Notes under the pieces: model-generated
Told to the model about the DNA's origin: nothing
The model's input: only the letters and a program-made list of their open reading frames with translations
Database searches by the model: none
Virus record (IMG/VR): IMGVR_UViG_3300038468_000027
Coordinates: 1-62,880 of that record
Source: a virus
DNA: 62,880 nucleotides
Direction: 5' to 3' (one strand)
Shown: in pieces, positions 16,151-25,360 of the stretch
How the letters are laid out: every line of letters begins with the position of its first letter
Numbering within the stretch: position 1 is the first letter of the stretch
Program-made: the position numbers and the translations under genes

Positions 16151-16524
16151 TCACCACCTCGAATTTCCGGCGAGCGGGGAAACTCCCTACCGCGGTATCC
16201 ATTGCGCGAGGGACTCCCCGCCAATACCGGGGATCAACCTACCCGCCCCTGTACCCGCCCGACGACCTCGTGAGATGCCACAGGCAGCACAGGATCACCG
16301 ACGACGAGTACGTGAGGCGCTATACCGCTGAGATCCTGGACCGTCTCACCCCGGGAGAGGTCCTGCGCGACCTCGGACCGGACGCCGTGCTTCTGTGTTG
16401 GGAGGGACCGGGCGAGTTCTGCCACAGGCGTCTCGTGGCAGCCTGGCTGCAGGAGGTGGCGGGATGTGAGATCGTGGAACTGTCCGAGGACTACGTCCCG
16501 CCGCCGGAACCAGCTCGCCCCTGA
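16147..16524 (+). CDS. DUF488 domain protein
   Basis: ITTSNF...VSIARGTP...LYPP ... VLLCWEGPGEFCHRRLVAAWL. Confidence 0.65.
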   Translation: MITTSNFRRAGKLPTAVSIARGTPRQYRGSTYPPLYPPDDLVRCHRQHRITDDEYVRRYTAEILDRLTPGEVLRDLGPDAVLLCWEGPGEFCHRRLVAAWLQEVAGCEIVELSEDYVPPPEPARP

Positions 16525-16703
16525 CGCCGTCTCTTCTCCGGCGACTTGATCCCCTCCCCTGCGTCCAGTCGATCCAGCAGGGCCTCGACTCCAAGCTCCA
16601 CTTGATCCGTCAGGTGAATCCTCGTGCGCTCTGCCGTCGTCCTCATCCTCTCAAGCAGTTCCGGGGCGACTCGCACCCCGAGCGGGACTTTCGTGGTTGC
16701 CAT
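16491..16703 (-). CDS. Ribbon-helix-helix (CopG/Arc-like) regulator candidate
   Basis: LGVRVAPELLERMRTTAERTRIHLTDQVELGVEALL; AAAGGAG upstream. Confidence 0.5.
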   Translation of the reverse strand: MATTKVPLGVRVAPELLERMRTTAERTRIHLTDQVELGVEALLDRLDAGEGIKSPEKRRRQGRAGSGGGT

Positions 16704-16779
16704 GGGTACTCCTTTGGTTGATCGCCCCTCGTCAGGTGCCGCGCTACGGCACGACGCCCCAGCGCGGGGCGTTTCGGGC

Positions 16780-16950
16780 TTAGTCCTCTTTGTAATGGTC
16801 GGTGTCCTGCTTGTCCAGTCGCGTTACGATCACATACACCTCACCCGTATCACATCCCCAATACGGTCCGGTTGTTGTGCGCCCCTCTATACGGGCCTTA
16901 CCCTCTCTCACCAGTCGTTGAGCGTACTTTTTGCTGATAATCATGCTCAT
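16780..16950 (-). CDS. Small hypothetical protein (56 aa), first gene of the minus-strand island
   Basis: GAGGAGG upstream of ATG 16950. Confidence 0.5.
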   Translation of the reverse strand: MSMIISKKYAQRLVREGKARIEGRTTTGPYWGCDTGEVYVIVTRLDKQDTDHYKED

Positions 16951-16989
16951 CCTCCTCGGTTGGTGGTGGTTTCTGTCCTTCCTTATGAT

Positions 16990-17018
16990 AATATACACTA
17001 CTTCGCATGACTTGTCAA
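16990..17018 (-). promoter_or_regulatory. Consensus-like sigma70 promoter TTGACA-N17-TATATT (minus strand)
   Basis: -35 at 17018..17013, -10 at 16995..16990 on the reverse complement. Confidence 0.65.
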
Positions 17019-17214
17019 TACCTTTCTATACAAATCCGCTCACTGAGTGCTCACCAATGAAATCAATGGGTTACGCGCCGTCATATAGGTACCCGCATGC
17101 ACCTGCGCGCGCGATAAGAGAAATCAAGGGGTGAGGATAGGAGAGGGGGACCCATGGGGAGATCAACTCCGATCGTCCCCGTCCAGGCCGACTCGCGCCC
17201 CACGAAACCCCAAG

Positions 17215-17244
17215 TTGACAGGCGGCAGCACTGTTGCGTATGGT
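17215..17244 (+). promoter_or_regulatory. Candidate promoter TTGACA-N18-TATGGT upstream of packaging genes
   Basis: Read from the sequence; the -10 is weaker. Confidence 0.35.
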
Positions 17245-17370
17245 CTATACAGGCGATAGGAATAATCGCTTCGCAGGACCTATACTGAGTATGTCGTCGA
17301 TGTGCCTCAAGGGGGTGTCCGGAGTCCCGCCGGCACCCCATCTTTCACCGCAAAAATCAGGCAAAACTCG

Positions 17371-17940
17371 GTGGAAACCAGCCAAAAAACGGGGAAATCC
17401 TCCAAAATTACCCCCCGGCAGGAGATGTTTTGCCAGGAATATGCGATCAGCCACAACGGGGCAGATGCCGCGAGAAAAGCAGGATACAGCGAAAAAGCGG
17501 CCAGGGAACAGGCGTCGCTGCTGCTGACAAAAACAAACATCCGCGCACGCATCGCCGAGATCGAAGGCGGCTATCTCAAGCGGCTGAACATCACCAAGGA
17601 GGCCGTGCTCTCCGAGATCAGAAAGATTGCGTTCTCGGACATGCGGAACTTTGCCGACTGGGGTCCCCGCGGAGTGACGCTCAAGGAGTCTGAAGATCTC
17701 GACAGCGACTCGACCGCGTGTGTCGCGGAAGTATCGGAGAGTCCCGGGGAACACGGATCGACGATACGCTTCAAGCTCCATGACAAGAAGGGCGCGCTCG
17801 AACTCCTCGGCAGGCACCTTGCTCTCTTTACGGACAAAGTAGACGCGAAGTTGACTCAAACACAATTCGTGTTCAATGTCCGAGATCAGGCGCAGAAAGA
17901 TCTCGTGCAGAAACTACTTGACCATGGGCAAACTTCTTAG
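17371..17940 (+). CDS. terS: Terminase small subunit (Terminase_2/P27-like)
   Basis: TPRQEMFCQEYAISHNGADAARKAGYSEKAAREQASLLLTKTNIRARI. The start (GTG 17371 or ATG 17425) is uncertain. Confidence 0.8.
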   Translation: METSQKTGKSSKITPRQEMFCQEYAISHNGADAARKAGYSEKAAREQASLLLTKTNIRARIAEIEGGYLKRLNITKEAVLSEIRKIAFSDMRNFADWGPRGVTLKESEDLDSDSTACVAEVSESPGEHGSTIRFKLHDKKGALELLGRHLALFTDKVDAKLTQTQFVFNVRDQAQKDLVQKLLDHGQTS

Positions 17941-19162
17941 CTTCATCATCGGTATGGCCTCTGCAATGATCCTGACCTCGGTCTTCGACAGGACGGCTCA
18001 AGCATTCCTTGATCCGAACATACGGTACATCGTCAACGAGGGCGGGACGTGGTCGTCGAAGACCATTTCCTCCCTTCAGGTGCTCGACACTTTTTGCGCA
18101 GGACACAGGAGCAAGATTCTGTGCTCCGTCGTCTCCGAGTCCTTCCCCCACCTGCGCATCGGCGCCATGCGGGACTATCAGACCATTCTCGGCGATCGCT
18201 TCTCCGAGGATCGCTGGTCCGCAATGGAGCACATGTACTCCTATCCGGGCGGGGCTGAGATCGAGTTCTTCTCCGCCGATCAACCGGGCAAGGCCCATGG
18301 CCCCAGGCGCGACATCCTCTTTCTCAACGAGGCGATCAACATTCCGCGCCCGATATGCGATCAGTTGGTGATGCGCACGAGGATGAAAATCCTTATCGAC
18401 CACAACCCCTGCGAGGAGTATTGGGTTCACGAGCTCCGCGGCCGGCCGGATGTGGCGTGGATTCACAGCACGTACAAAGACGCTCTGGAGGTCACACCGG
18501 CAGACGTTCGCGCCGACATCGAGCGCAGGGAAAAGACAGACCCGAACTGGTGGAACGTCTACGGCCTCGGACTCGTCGGCAACGTCGTGGGCCTGGTGCA
18601 TGCGTTGTTCTCGCAGATTGAAAGGCTTCCGGAGGGCGGCATCGAGTTCTACGGTCTGGACTACGGGTACACCAACGATCCAACCTGTTTGACGCGCAAC
18701 GTCATTATCGGCGAAGATCTTTTCTCCGATGAACTGATTTACGAGAAGGGGCTGGACAACAATCAGATCGCACACCGAATGGAGTCACTCGGGGTCCGCA
18801 AGGGATATGACGAGATCTTCTGCGACGCCGCGGAACCGAAGTCGCGCGATGAGATCGCGGGATACGGTTTCAACATCAAGTCTTGCCCCAAGGGGCCGGA
18901 CTCAGTACGCGCGCGAATTCAGCTTGTGAACCAGTACCACCAGCACTGGACAAAGCGAAGCGTCAACTGCATCAAGGAACAGCGCAACTACCGGTACATC
19001 GCCGACAAAAACGGTAATCCGACCAACAAGCCGATTGACAACTGGAATCACGGCATGGACTCACGAGGGTATGGAGTCGCCGGCAAGCTGGACAACTCCA
19101 AGACCGGAGTCCTTTACGTCTACAGCGGCGAGTCGGAGCAGCCCGGACAGGAGTCCGCATAG
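17924..19162 (+). CDS. terL: Terminase large subunit (PBSX/Terminase_3-like)
   Basis: Walker-A-like EGGTWSSKT, DILFLNEA Walker B, and a C-terminal nuclease region (YGLDYGYTNDPT ... DNWNHGMDSRGY). Confidence 0.85.
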   Translation: MGKLLSFIIGMASAMILTSVFDRTAQAFLDPNIRYIVNEGGTWSSKTISSLQVLDTFCAGHRSKILCSVVSESFPHLRIGAMRDYQTILGDRFSEDRWSAMEHMYSYPGGAEIEFFSADQPGKAHGPRRDILFLNEAINIPRPICDQLVMRTRMKILIDHNPCEEYWVHELRGRPDVAWIHSTYKDALEVTPADVRADIERREKTDPNWWNVYGLGLVGNVVGLVHALFSQIERLPEGGIEFYGLDYGYTNDPTCLTRNVIIGEDLFSDELIYEKGLDNNQIAHRMESLGVRKGYDEIFCDAAEPKSRDEIAGYGFNIKSCPKGPDSVRARIQLVNQYHQHWTKRSVNCIKEQRNYRYIADKNGNPTNKPIDNWNHGMDSRGYGVAGKLDNSKTGVLYVYSGESEQPGQESA

Positions 19163-21309
19163 TGGAATCACAAATACTCAATGCCCAGGGACAACCCTAT
19201 CGCGCCGCAGAAGAGCCGGTCGTCCGTGGTGTTTACAACCTCGACAGCGGGTTCTTTGGCAAGTTGAGCCCTCAAGCCATCATCAGCTTCGAGCGGGCAA
19301 TGACACAGCCCTACACCTACAACCCATGGGTCTACGCCTGCGCCCGCACGATTTCATTTAACCTCTGCCGGTTGCCGCAGGAAATGGTGTCGGTTGTCAA
19401 CGAGGAGCAGTCGCTCAAGGATCATTTGATACTCAAGCTGCTGGCGAAACCGAACCAGCAGATGAGCGGCATGGTGTTTCGGCAGACCGTGGTTCTCAAC
19501 CTGCTGCTTTCCGGAGAGTGCTTTCTCGTGCCGTGGGACACGAAAAAGGACAGTCAGGTTGATCTATCGCGCGGTCAGATGCCGGATGAGTTGATGCCTT
19601 TCGGAAGAAAGTTCTTCGAGGAATGGACTGAGGATGCAGGGAAGGGCCGCAAGCGGTTGATAGGATGGAAGTTCTCGATTGAGAAAAGTCCTGCGACCGA
19701 GATACCGTTCAGATACAACGAGATCATCCGTATTCACCTTGTCAATCCATACGACTTTCTCAAGTCCCAGGCGCCTTACATTGCGGCATCGGTCGCGGTC
19801 GCGCAGGACACCAAGGCCGACATCTACAACACGCGGCTTTTCGACAACGACGCGCGCGTCGCCGGCCTACTTTCGACTGAGGGAACTCTGACGGCGCAAC
19901 AGGCCGAGGAAAACGCCAAGCGGTGGATGCAGAAGCACGGGGGGCCGGGCAACGTCGGCGGGATCGCAGTCCTCGGGAACGGATTGAAGTATCAGCAGTT
20001 CGGGTTGACACTTGCCGACATGCAGTTCCTTGAGCAGAAGAAGTGGAACAAGGATCAGACCCTCGCTGCGTTCGGCCTCAACAAGATTGCCGTTGGTGAC
20101 TACGAGCAGATCAACAACGCCACGATCCGCGAGGGGCGTCGGATACTGTGGTACGACACGTACATCCCGCTTGACGAGATCTACAACGACGCGATCACAT
20201 GTCAATGGGTCGTCTATCAGGACAATGGAAATTGGAAGCTCAAGAGTAATTACAGCGACGTGGAGAGCCTGCGCGTTGACCTGCCGATGTACGCAACCGG
20301 CGCAAAGGTACTCGTTGACATCGGCCTTCCCCCGGCGTTGGCGTGCAAGAAAATGGGCATCAGTCTCACGCAGGAAGAGTTGAAACAATACCCGTACCTG
20401 AGTGAGCGATTGCAGCCCATCGCACCGATCATGCCGGCTGTACCGGGGAACGAACCTCCCGCTGCGTCTCCGACCAAGGCGCCATCGGCGAAAGTCACGC
20501 GCGAGATCTCGATCGAGGAGCTGCGTCGGAAAAGTGATGAGTACATCGTCCGAGCTTTGGTCCCGGCTGAAAAGGCAATGGTCGTTGACCTCAAGCGGTA
20601 CTTCTTCGCCCAGCGCAACTACATGCAGGACCAGATTGACCGATGGCTCGCGAGTCAGAAATCAGTCCGCGCCACGGCAGATTACAGTATTGACGAGTTC
20701 GACGACATTTACCCCAACGCAGAGAAGGAACTTAACCGGTTCCTGGAGCGGGTGTACACGCCTAATGTAGGGAAGCAGATCAAGCTCGAAGTGGACCACA
20801 TTGAAAGCGAACTCGGTGAACCCATCGAATGGAACGTGTCGGACAAGCGTATCGATGCATTTGCAGACAAACGCAAGGAAGATCTTGCCTCAATCAACGA
20901 GACCACTTTCGAGCAGGTCAAGGGAAAGGTGAGCGACACCGTGTCTCAGGCGATGAAAAACAACTGGACGCCCAATGAACTCGCCAAGGCTTTGAAGACC
21001 GACATCTTCGACGTGGCGCAGAACCGAGTATCGAATGCCCAGACCATCGCCCGCACCGAGATGGGGATCGTGGCCAGCGAGACGCGGTTCGACGTTTACA
21101 AACAAGAGGGCATCGAGAAGTGGGTGTGGGCGACGGCGCAGGACGATCGAGTGCGCGAATTGCATGCCGTCCTTGAGGGGGATATCGCCAATGTCGGGGA
21201 GGCGTTCCCGAAGAGCGGTGGACAACTGCGGTATCCACGTGATACACAGGCCTCTCTTGACAACATAATAAATTGCCGATGCGTGGCGCTGGGTTACTTC
21301 GAGGACTGA
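19162..21309 (+). CDS. Portal protein fused to a Mu F / SPP1 gp7-like minor head protein domain
   Basis: N-terminal ~450 aa is portal-like. C-terminus TIARTEMG...WVWATAQDDRVRELHAVLEGD...NCRCV is the MuF signature. Confidence 0.75.
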   Translation: MESQILNAQGQPYRAAEEPVVRGVYNLDSGFFGKLSPQAIISFERAMTQPYTYNPWVYACARTISFNLCRLPQEMVSVVNEEQSLKDHLILKLLAKPNQQMSGMVFRQTVVLNLLLSGECFLVPWDTKKDSQVDLSRGQMPDELMPFGRKFFEEWTEDAGKGRKRLIGWKFSIEKSPATEIPFRYNEIIRIHLVNPYDFLKSQAPYIAASVAVAQDTKADIYNTRLFDNDARVAGLLSTEGTLTAQQAEENAKRWMQKHGGPGNVGGIAVLGNGLKYQQFGLTLADMQFLEQKKWNKDQTLAAFGLNKIAVGDYEQINNATIREGRRILWYDTYIPLDEIYNDAITCQWVVYQDNGNWKLKSNYSDVESLRVDLPMYATGAKVLVDIGLPPALACKKMGISLTQEELKQYPYLSERLQPIAPIMPAVPGNEPPAASPTKAPSAKVTREISIEELRRKSDEYIVRALVPAEKAMVVDLKRYFFAQRNYMQDQIDRWLASQKSVRATADYSIDEFDDIYPNAEKELNRFLERVYTPNVGKQIKLEVDHIESELGEPIEWNVSDKRIDAFADKRKEDLASINETTFEQVKGKVSDTVSQAMKNNWTPNELAKALKTDIFDVAQNRVSNAQTIARTEMGIVASETRFDVYKQEGIEKWVWATAQDDRVRELHAVLEGDIANVGEAFPKSGGQLRYPRDTQASLDNIINCRCVALGYFED

Positions 21310-21348
21310 CCATGCCACTACCAACCAATAGAGCGGTGATGTACACCT

Positions 21349-21636
21349 ATGGAAACATCCATGATCGCCGTGTTTTTCGCCGGGGTCCTGACGGGAGTAT
21401 ACGTAAGCTCACTGATATGGAAATTGACAGACTCCAGGGGAAAGAAAAAGACCGAGACGACAATATCGACGATACGGGTGAACGTGGAAGCGGCACAGGC
21501 ACACAAGGAAATTGCACTACTCACCGAGCGCGCGGAAAAGCTGCTCGGCTTATACTCGAAAATCAATCTTGAAGCGGAGGCGCACAATGGAAAAGGAACT
21601 GTTGAAGGCCCTGTACGGCACGGCGTCGGCGGCTGA
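21349..21636 (+). CDS. Small membrane/coiled-coil protein
   Basis: TM helix MIAVFFAGVLTGVYVSSLIW. GC3-rich codons favour this frame over 21273..21572. Confidence 0.45.
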   Translation: METSMIAVFFAGVLTGVYVSSLIWKLTDSRGKKKTETTISTIRVNVEAAQAHKEIALLTERAEKLLGLYSKINLEAEAHNGKGTVEGPVRHGVGG

Positions 21637-23011
21637 GATACTCAGGCGCAAGTCTGAATGCAAGCAGATCCGGGCGATGGCCGGCGGGGCCGATGGTCTG
21701 AGGACACTCACCGAAGACGAATGCCGGAAGATGTGCGCCAAGGTCAACGGGAAAGGCATCGAGTACCTCAGCGGATACGAGGCGCGTGTGGTGTCCTATA
21801 CCATCACCGACGAGACGGTTGACCGGTATGGCGACATCGTGCGGGCGAAGGGCGTGCGGCTCGCCAACTACGTCAATAACTCTGTGATCCAGTTCGCCCA
21901 CGACTACGAGCAGCCCCCGGTGGGGGTGTCGCTAAAGACGTGGTATGACAAGCAGGCGAACGCCGTCAAATCCCTCGGGCTGTTCTATGACGACAGAGTT
22001 GATTCGACCGGCCGGTCGGACCTGATCTTCCGTTTTGTGGCGTCGGGCGGGATGCCGGGAACATCCATCGGGTTCATGCCGATGAAGACCACGCGCCCCA
22101 CAGACGACGAGCGGACCGAGTTGCACATGGGAGAGTATGGCGTGATCTTCGACGAGTGCGACCTGATGGAGTTTTCGGTTGTCCCGGTTCCTGCGAATCC
22201 AAACGCGCTGAAAGACGACATCGCGGGCGCATGGCGGGAAAGAATGACCAAGGCCGTGAGCGGTGGTATGTTCCGACAGGCCGATTTGAAACGAATCGAG
22301 GCCATGCCGCAGATCGACAAGGCGGTTGTGGAACTGTTCGCCAAGGAGTTCAGGAGGGCGGTGCCGGTGACAAATTCTAATGAAAAAACATGTGATAAAT
22401 GCAAGGCGTTTTCAGATAGGGTAAAGCAATTGTGGATTTTTTATGACTCAGAAATAATTGAGCGGGATGCTGTTCTCCGCCCCTATCCCAATGAGCACGC
22501 CGCTCGATTGGCCGACCCGGACAGCATGGACGAGTTCCGCCGCAAGGCAGATGGTGAAGTGCGCGGGAAGAAAGTCCCGGATACTGCCGATGTGATATGG
22601 GGCCATCTCAAGGACGGTGATGAGAACGCATGGGCGCCACAAGCCATTCGCTTCCCGACAAAGGACTGGACCGTCGAGCAGGCCAAGAAGTGGCTCGAAG
22701 ACAACGACATCAAGCCGATTCTGTTTGAGCCGGCCAAGGAAGAGGGCGCGGAATCTCCCGCGGCAGAATCACCCGCGGCAAAGACAGTTGATCCGGTGAT
22801 TGTAAATCTTTCTGTCAACGTCCCGCTTGATACATTCGTGAAGCAAGTCAACGAACTTACGGAGTCGGTGAAATCCGTACTCGCCGAGATACAGACAGCC
22901 AAGGACGCGGCACTCGCCGAAATCAATGCGGCTCGCACAGCAGCGCAGCCCGCAAAGACAGAGCCGAAAATGGGCTCCGGCATCTATCGCCAGATCCTCG
23001 GTCTGAAGTAG
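21587..23011 (+). CDS. HK97-family prohead protease (S78) fused to a scaffold-like C-terminal region
   Basis: TDETVDRYGDIV ... SIGFMP ... FSVVPVPANPNA, then PNEHAARL and an Ala/Glu/Lys-rich helical tail. Confidence 0.8.
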   Translation: MEKELLKALYGTASAAEILRRKSECKQIRAMAGGADGLRTLTEDECRKMCAKVNGKGIEYLSGYEARVVSYTITDETVDRYGDIVRAKGVRLANYVNNSVIQFAHDYEQPPVGVSLKTWYDKQANAVKSLGLFYDDRVDSTGRSDLIFRFVASGGMPGTSIGFMPMKTTRPTDDERTELHMGEYGVIFDECDLMEFSVVPVPANPNALKDDIAGAWRERMTKAVSGGMFRQADLKRIEAMPQIDKAVVELFAKEFRRAVPVTNSNEKTCDKCKAFSDRVKQLWIFYDSEIIERDAVLRPYPNEHAARLADPDSMDEFRRKADGEVRGKKVPDTADVIWGHLKDGDENAWAPQAIRFPTKDWTVEQAKKWLEDNDIKPILFEPAKEEGAESPAAESPAAKTVDPVIVNLSVNVPLDTFVKQVNELTESVKSVLAEIQTAKDAALAEINAARTAAQPAKTEPKMGSGIYRQILGLK

Positions 23012-23038
23012 TAACGACAACCAACCAAGGAGATTGAC

Positions 23039-24457
23039 ATGAGTGATACCCCCGACACCTCTGTTGAGCAGGTCAAGTCCGCTCTCGCCGACTACAAGGT
23101 GCAGATCGAGACCCGCATGACCAGCCTGCTTGCGGAGCAGAAAAAAGCCAACGACGCGGAAGTCACGAAACTCCGCGAGGCTCTCGCGAAGTGCGAACAG
23201 ACGATCGACGGACTGAACAAGGCCGGCAAGGGCTTCGGTCTCCCGGGATTTGAGGAGAAGGACGCCAAGAAATGGAGCTGGCAAAAGTTCTTCTACGCAC
23301 AGTACCTTGCGGCTGCTGGCGGCAAGGGCAACTGTCCGGTGATCGAAAACCCGTTCGACAAGGTCGCTCCGTATGAGAAGGAAGTATGCCAGGCGTACAT
23401 GAAGAAGCGCCAGGCCGATTTCAATCTCGAAATGGAGCGACTCAATGTCATGCGCTTCGGCGATGAAATTGCCAAGCGAACGGTCAACGCTTCCGACGGA
23501 AGCCAGGGCGGGTTCTTGGTTCCCGACGCGGTGTATCAGGGCCAGATCGTGGACGTGGTGTACGCCCAGACGCCCATCCTGAAGTTCCCCTGCATGAAGC
23601 TGGAAGGGCTTCAGGGAGATCTGCCGATTCCAAAGGATTTGTCGAATCTCACAGCGTACATGGTTGGCGAGACTGGCAAGCCGACTGTGACGAATCCGTC
23701 CTATGGCCAGCTCTGGTTGCGCCCGAAGAAGATGGGTATCTTCTGCAAGGTCAGCAATCGAATCATCAGCTTCACCAACAACCTGGCCGAGCAGATCGTG
23801 CGTAAGAGCATGACAGAATCAGCATCTGTCAAAGTCAGCCAGCAGTTGACGGCTGGCACAGGTTCGGAAAAGCAGGTTCTCGGCGTTGAGACGGTGGCCG
23901 CATCTGACAACAACGGCATGACTGCCGGCACGGCAATCGGAACGACCGGAGGTCGATTCACCATTGACCATGCGTCTTCAATGCAACAGTCGCTTGCTGT
24001 TGTCGATGAGCTGCGCGAGACCAACACCTACGCATATCTGATGCGTCCCGAGGTGCTGTGGGGGATGAAGCGTGAGCGCATTCTTCAGTACAATGGACAA
24101 TCCGCGAAAAACGGTATGCCCATTGCGATGCCGACGCTGCTTCTCACCAACGCACAGCTTCAGGATGCGCTCGGTGCACAGATCGGTCACACCACGCAGC
24201 TCGCCAAGAATCTGACAAAAAGCTCAGGAACGACTCTGTCGCGCGTGCTATACGGCGACTGGAGCAAGTTTTGTTGGGCGACGTTCCGTGAGCCTGCCTT
24301 CCGCGTTTCCGACGTGGCTGGCGACGGCTCGACCGGTTCGGCGTTCCTGGAGGACGAGCTGTTCATGGTCATGTTCTGGGAGTTCGACGCCCAGATCCTG
24401 CGACGCGCGGCGTTCTGCTACATCGCCGACGCGCAGACCACCGAAGCAAGCTGGTAG
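23039..24457 (+). CDS. Major capsid protein (HK97 fold) with N-terminal delta domain
   Basis: Coiled N-terminus, GGFLVPD motif, size, and position after the protease. Confidence 0.85.
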   Translation: MSDTPDTSVEQVKSALADYKVQIETRMTSLLAEQKKANDAEVTKLREALAKCEQTIDGLNKAGKGFGLPGFEEKDAKKWSWQKFFYAQYLAAAGGKGNCPVIENPFDKVAPYEKEVCQAYMKKRQADFNLEMERLNVMRFGDEIAKRTVNASDGSQGGFLVPDAVYQGQIVDVVYAQTPILKFPCMKLEGLQGDLPIPKDLSNLTAYMVGETGKPTVTNPSYGQLWLRPKKMGIFCKVSNRIISFTNNLAEQIVRKSMTESASVKVSQQLTAGTGSEKQVLGVETVAASDNNGMTAGTAIGTTGGRFTIDHASSMQQSLAVVDELRETNTYAYLMRPEVLWGMKRERILQYNGQSAKNGMPIAMPTLLLTNAQLQDALGAQIGHTTQLAKNLTKSSGTTLSRVLYGDWSKFCWATFREPAFRVSDVAGDGSTGSAFLEDELFMVMFWEFDAQILRRAAFCYIADAQTTEASW

Positions 24458-24530
24458 TTGTGTGAGGTAGTCGCGCGCATGGGCGTGCGTGAGTGATGAT
24501 AGTGTTTGACAATCAAACAAGGAGCAACAT

Positions 24531-25013
24531 ATGAGCGTTGGACTTGGAAAAACTGCTGAGGCGGTACTCGTTACCTGCCTCATGAGAAGCGAGCGTCTTC
24601 AGCCCGCTTCCGGCACGACCGGAACTTTCTACTACAACGGCGCGCCGATCACCACGGCGTCGGGGTACGGCCTTGACACAAAGGACTTTGACGATGTCGT
24701 CATTGCCCTGAACATCGGGACCGTTCTGGGTGCGACCGTCACACTGTCGAACTCGATCTATGAGTCCGACTCCGACGATCCGACGGAAGCGACGTTGCTT
24801 TCAGGCGCTGCCTTCGATGACGTCGGCGTGAGCACTGATGAGATCCTTCAGGTCGCGTCGATCAACTGCAGCGAGACCAAGCGGTATCTGTTCCTGGTCA
24901 CGCAGATTGCCAGGCCGACCACGACCACGCCGACCGTCGACATGGGCGCGGTTGCAATCCTGAGTCGCGCGGACAGTCAGCCGACCAGCCAGACGCTTGA
25001 CTTCGATGTGTAG
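24531..25013 (+). CDS. Putative head decoration/structural protein with a Thr-rich patch
   Basis: Positioned after the capsid gene; ARPTTTTPTVD. Confidence 0.45.
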   Translation: MSVGLGKTAEAVLVTCLMRSERLQPASGTTGTFYYNGAPITTASGYGLDTKDFDDVVIALNIGTVLGATVTLSNSIYESDSDDPTEATLLSGAAFDDVGVSTDEILQVASINCSETKRYLFLVTQIARPTTTTPTVDMGAVAILSRADSQPTSQTLDFDV

Positions 25014-25029
25014 TCTGTGAGGATGGGAA

Positions 25030-25056
25030 GCGGGGGTCGCAAGGCCCCCGCTGTTT
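25030..25056 (+). terminator. Rho-independent terminator (GCAA tetraloop)
   Basis: GCGGGGGTC-GCAA-GGCCCCCGC + TGTTT. Confidence 0.7.
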
Positions 25057-25094
25057 AACCACAAACCATTTACAATCAAAGAAAGGCGGGACGT

Positions 25095-25352
25095 ATGAAT
25101 TCGCACTGCGCTTTCGGGATGAGGGATGTTCTGAAGGACGACGTTTCTGGTTACCAAGGTGTCGTCATGGGAGTCACTTTCTATGATACGGGATGCATTC
25201 ACTATGGTCTCGCGCCTCAGAAAGTGAAATCTGATGGTACCTTGAATGATTGGCAATGGTTTGACGAGTCTCGCCTGACGTTGGTCAAGGCCGGGAACAT
25301 GAGAAAAGGCAAGCCGCACAGCGGCCCCGACATGAACCAGAAACACTACTGA
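25095..25352 (+). CDS. Hypothetical protein
   Basis: AGGCGGG upstream of the ATG. Confidence 0.55.
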   Translation: MNSHCAFGMRDVLKDDVSGYQGVVMGVTFYDTGCIHYGLAPQKVKSDGTLNDWQWFDESRLTLVKAGNMRKGKPHSGPDMNQKHY

Positions 25353-25360
25353 GGCTCCAG

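Noticed and set aside
17873-18775. 300-aa minus-strand ORF, plus other long antisense ORFs (17245..17865, 15303..15968, 5740..6321, 37467..38411, 42256..42927, 29588..30199)
   Set aside because: Each lies antisense to a + strand gene with recognisable motifs (terminase, ASCH, GT2-TPR and others). These are typical shadow ORFs in GC-rich coding DNA.
21273-21572. Alternative frame (ATG 21312) to the small membrane protein 21349..21636
   Set aside because: It has lower third-position GC and no recognisable features. The 21349 frame has a clean TM helix and phage-typical codons. Both remain unproven.
24506-24534. TTGACA boxes at 24506, 12727, 13593 and 57130 as promoters
   Set aside because: There is no acceptable -10 hexamer at 16-18 nt spacing. 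At 24506 the spacing would force a leaderless start. These are probably chance matches or have another function.
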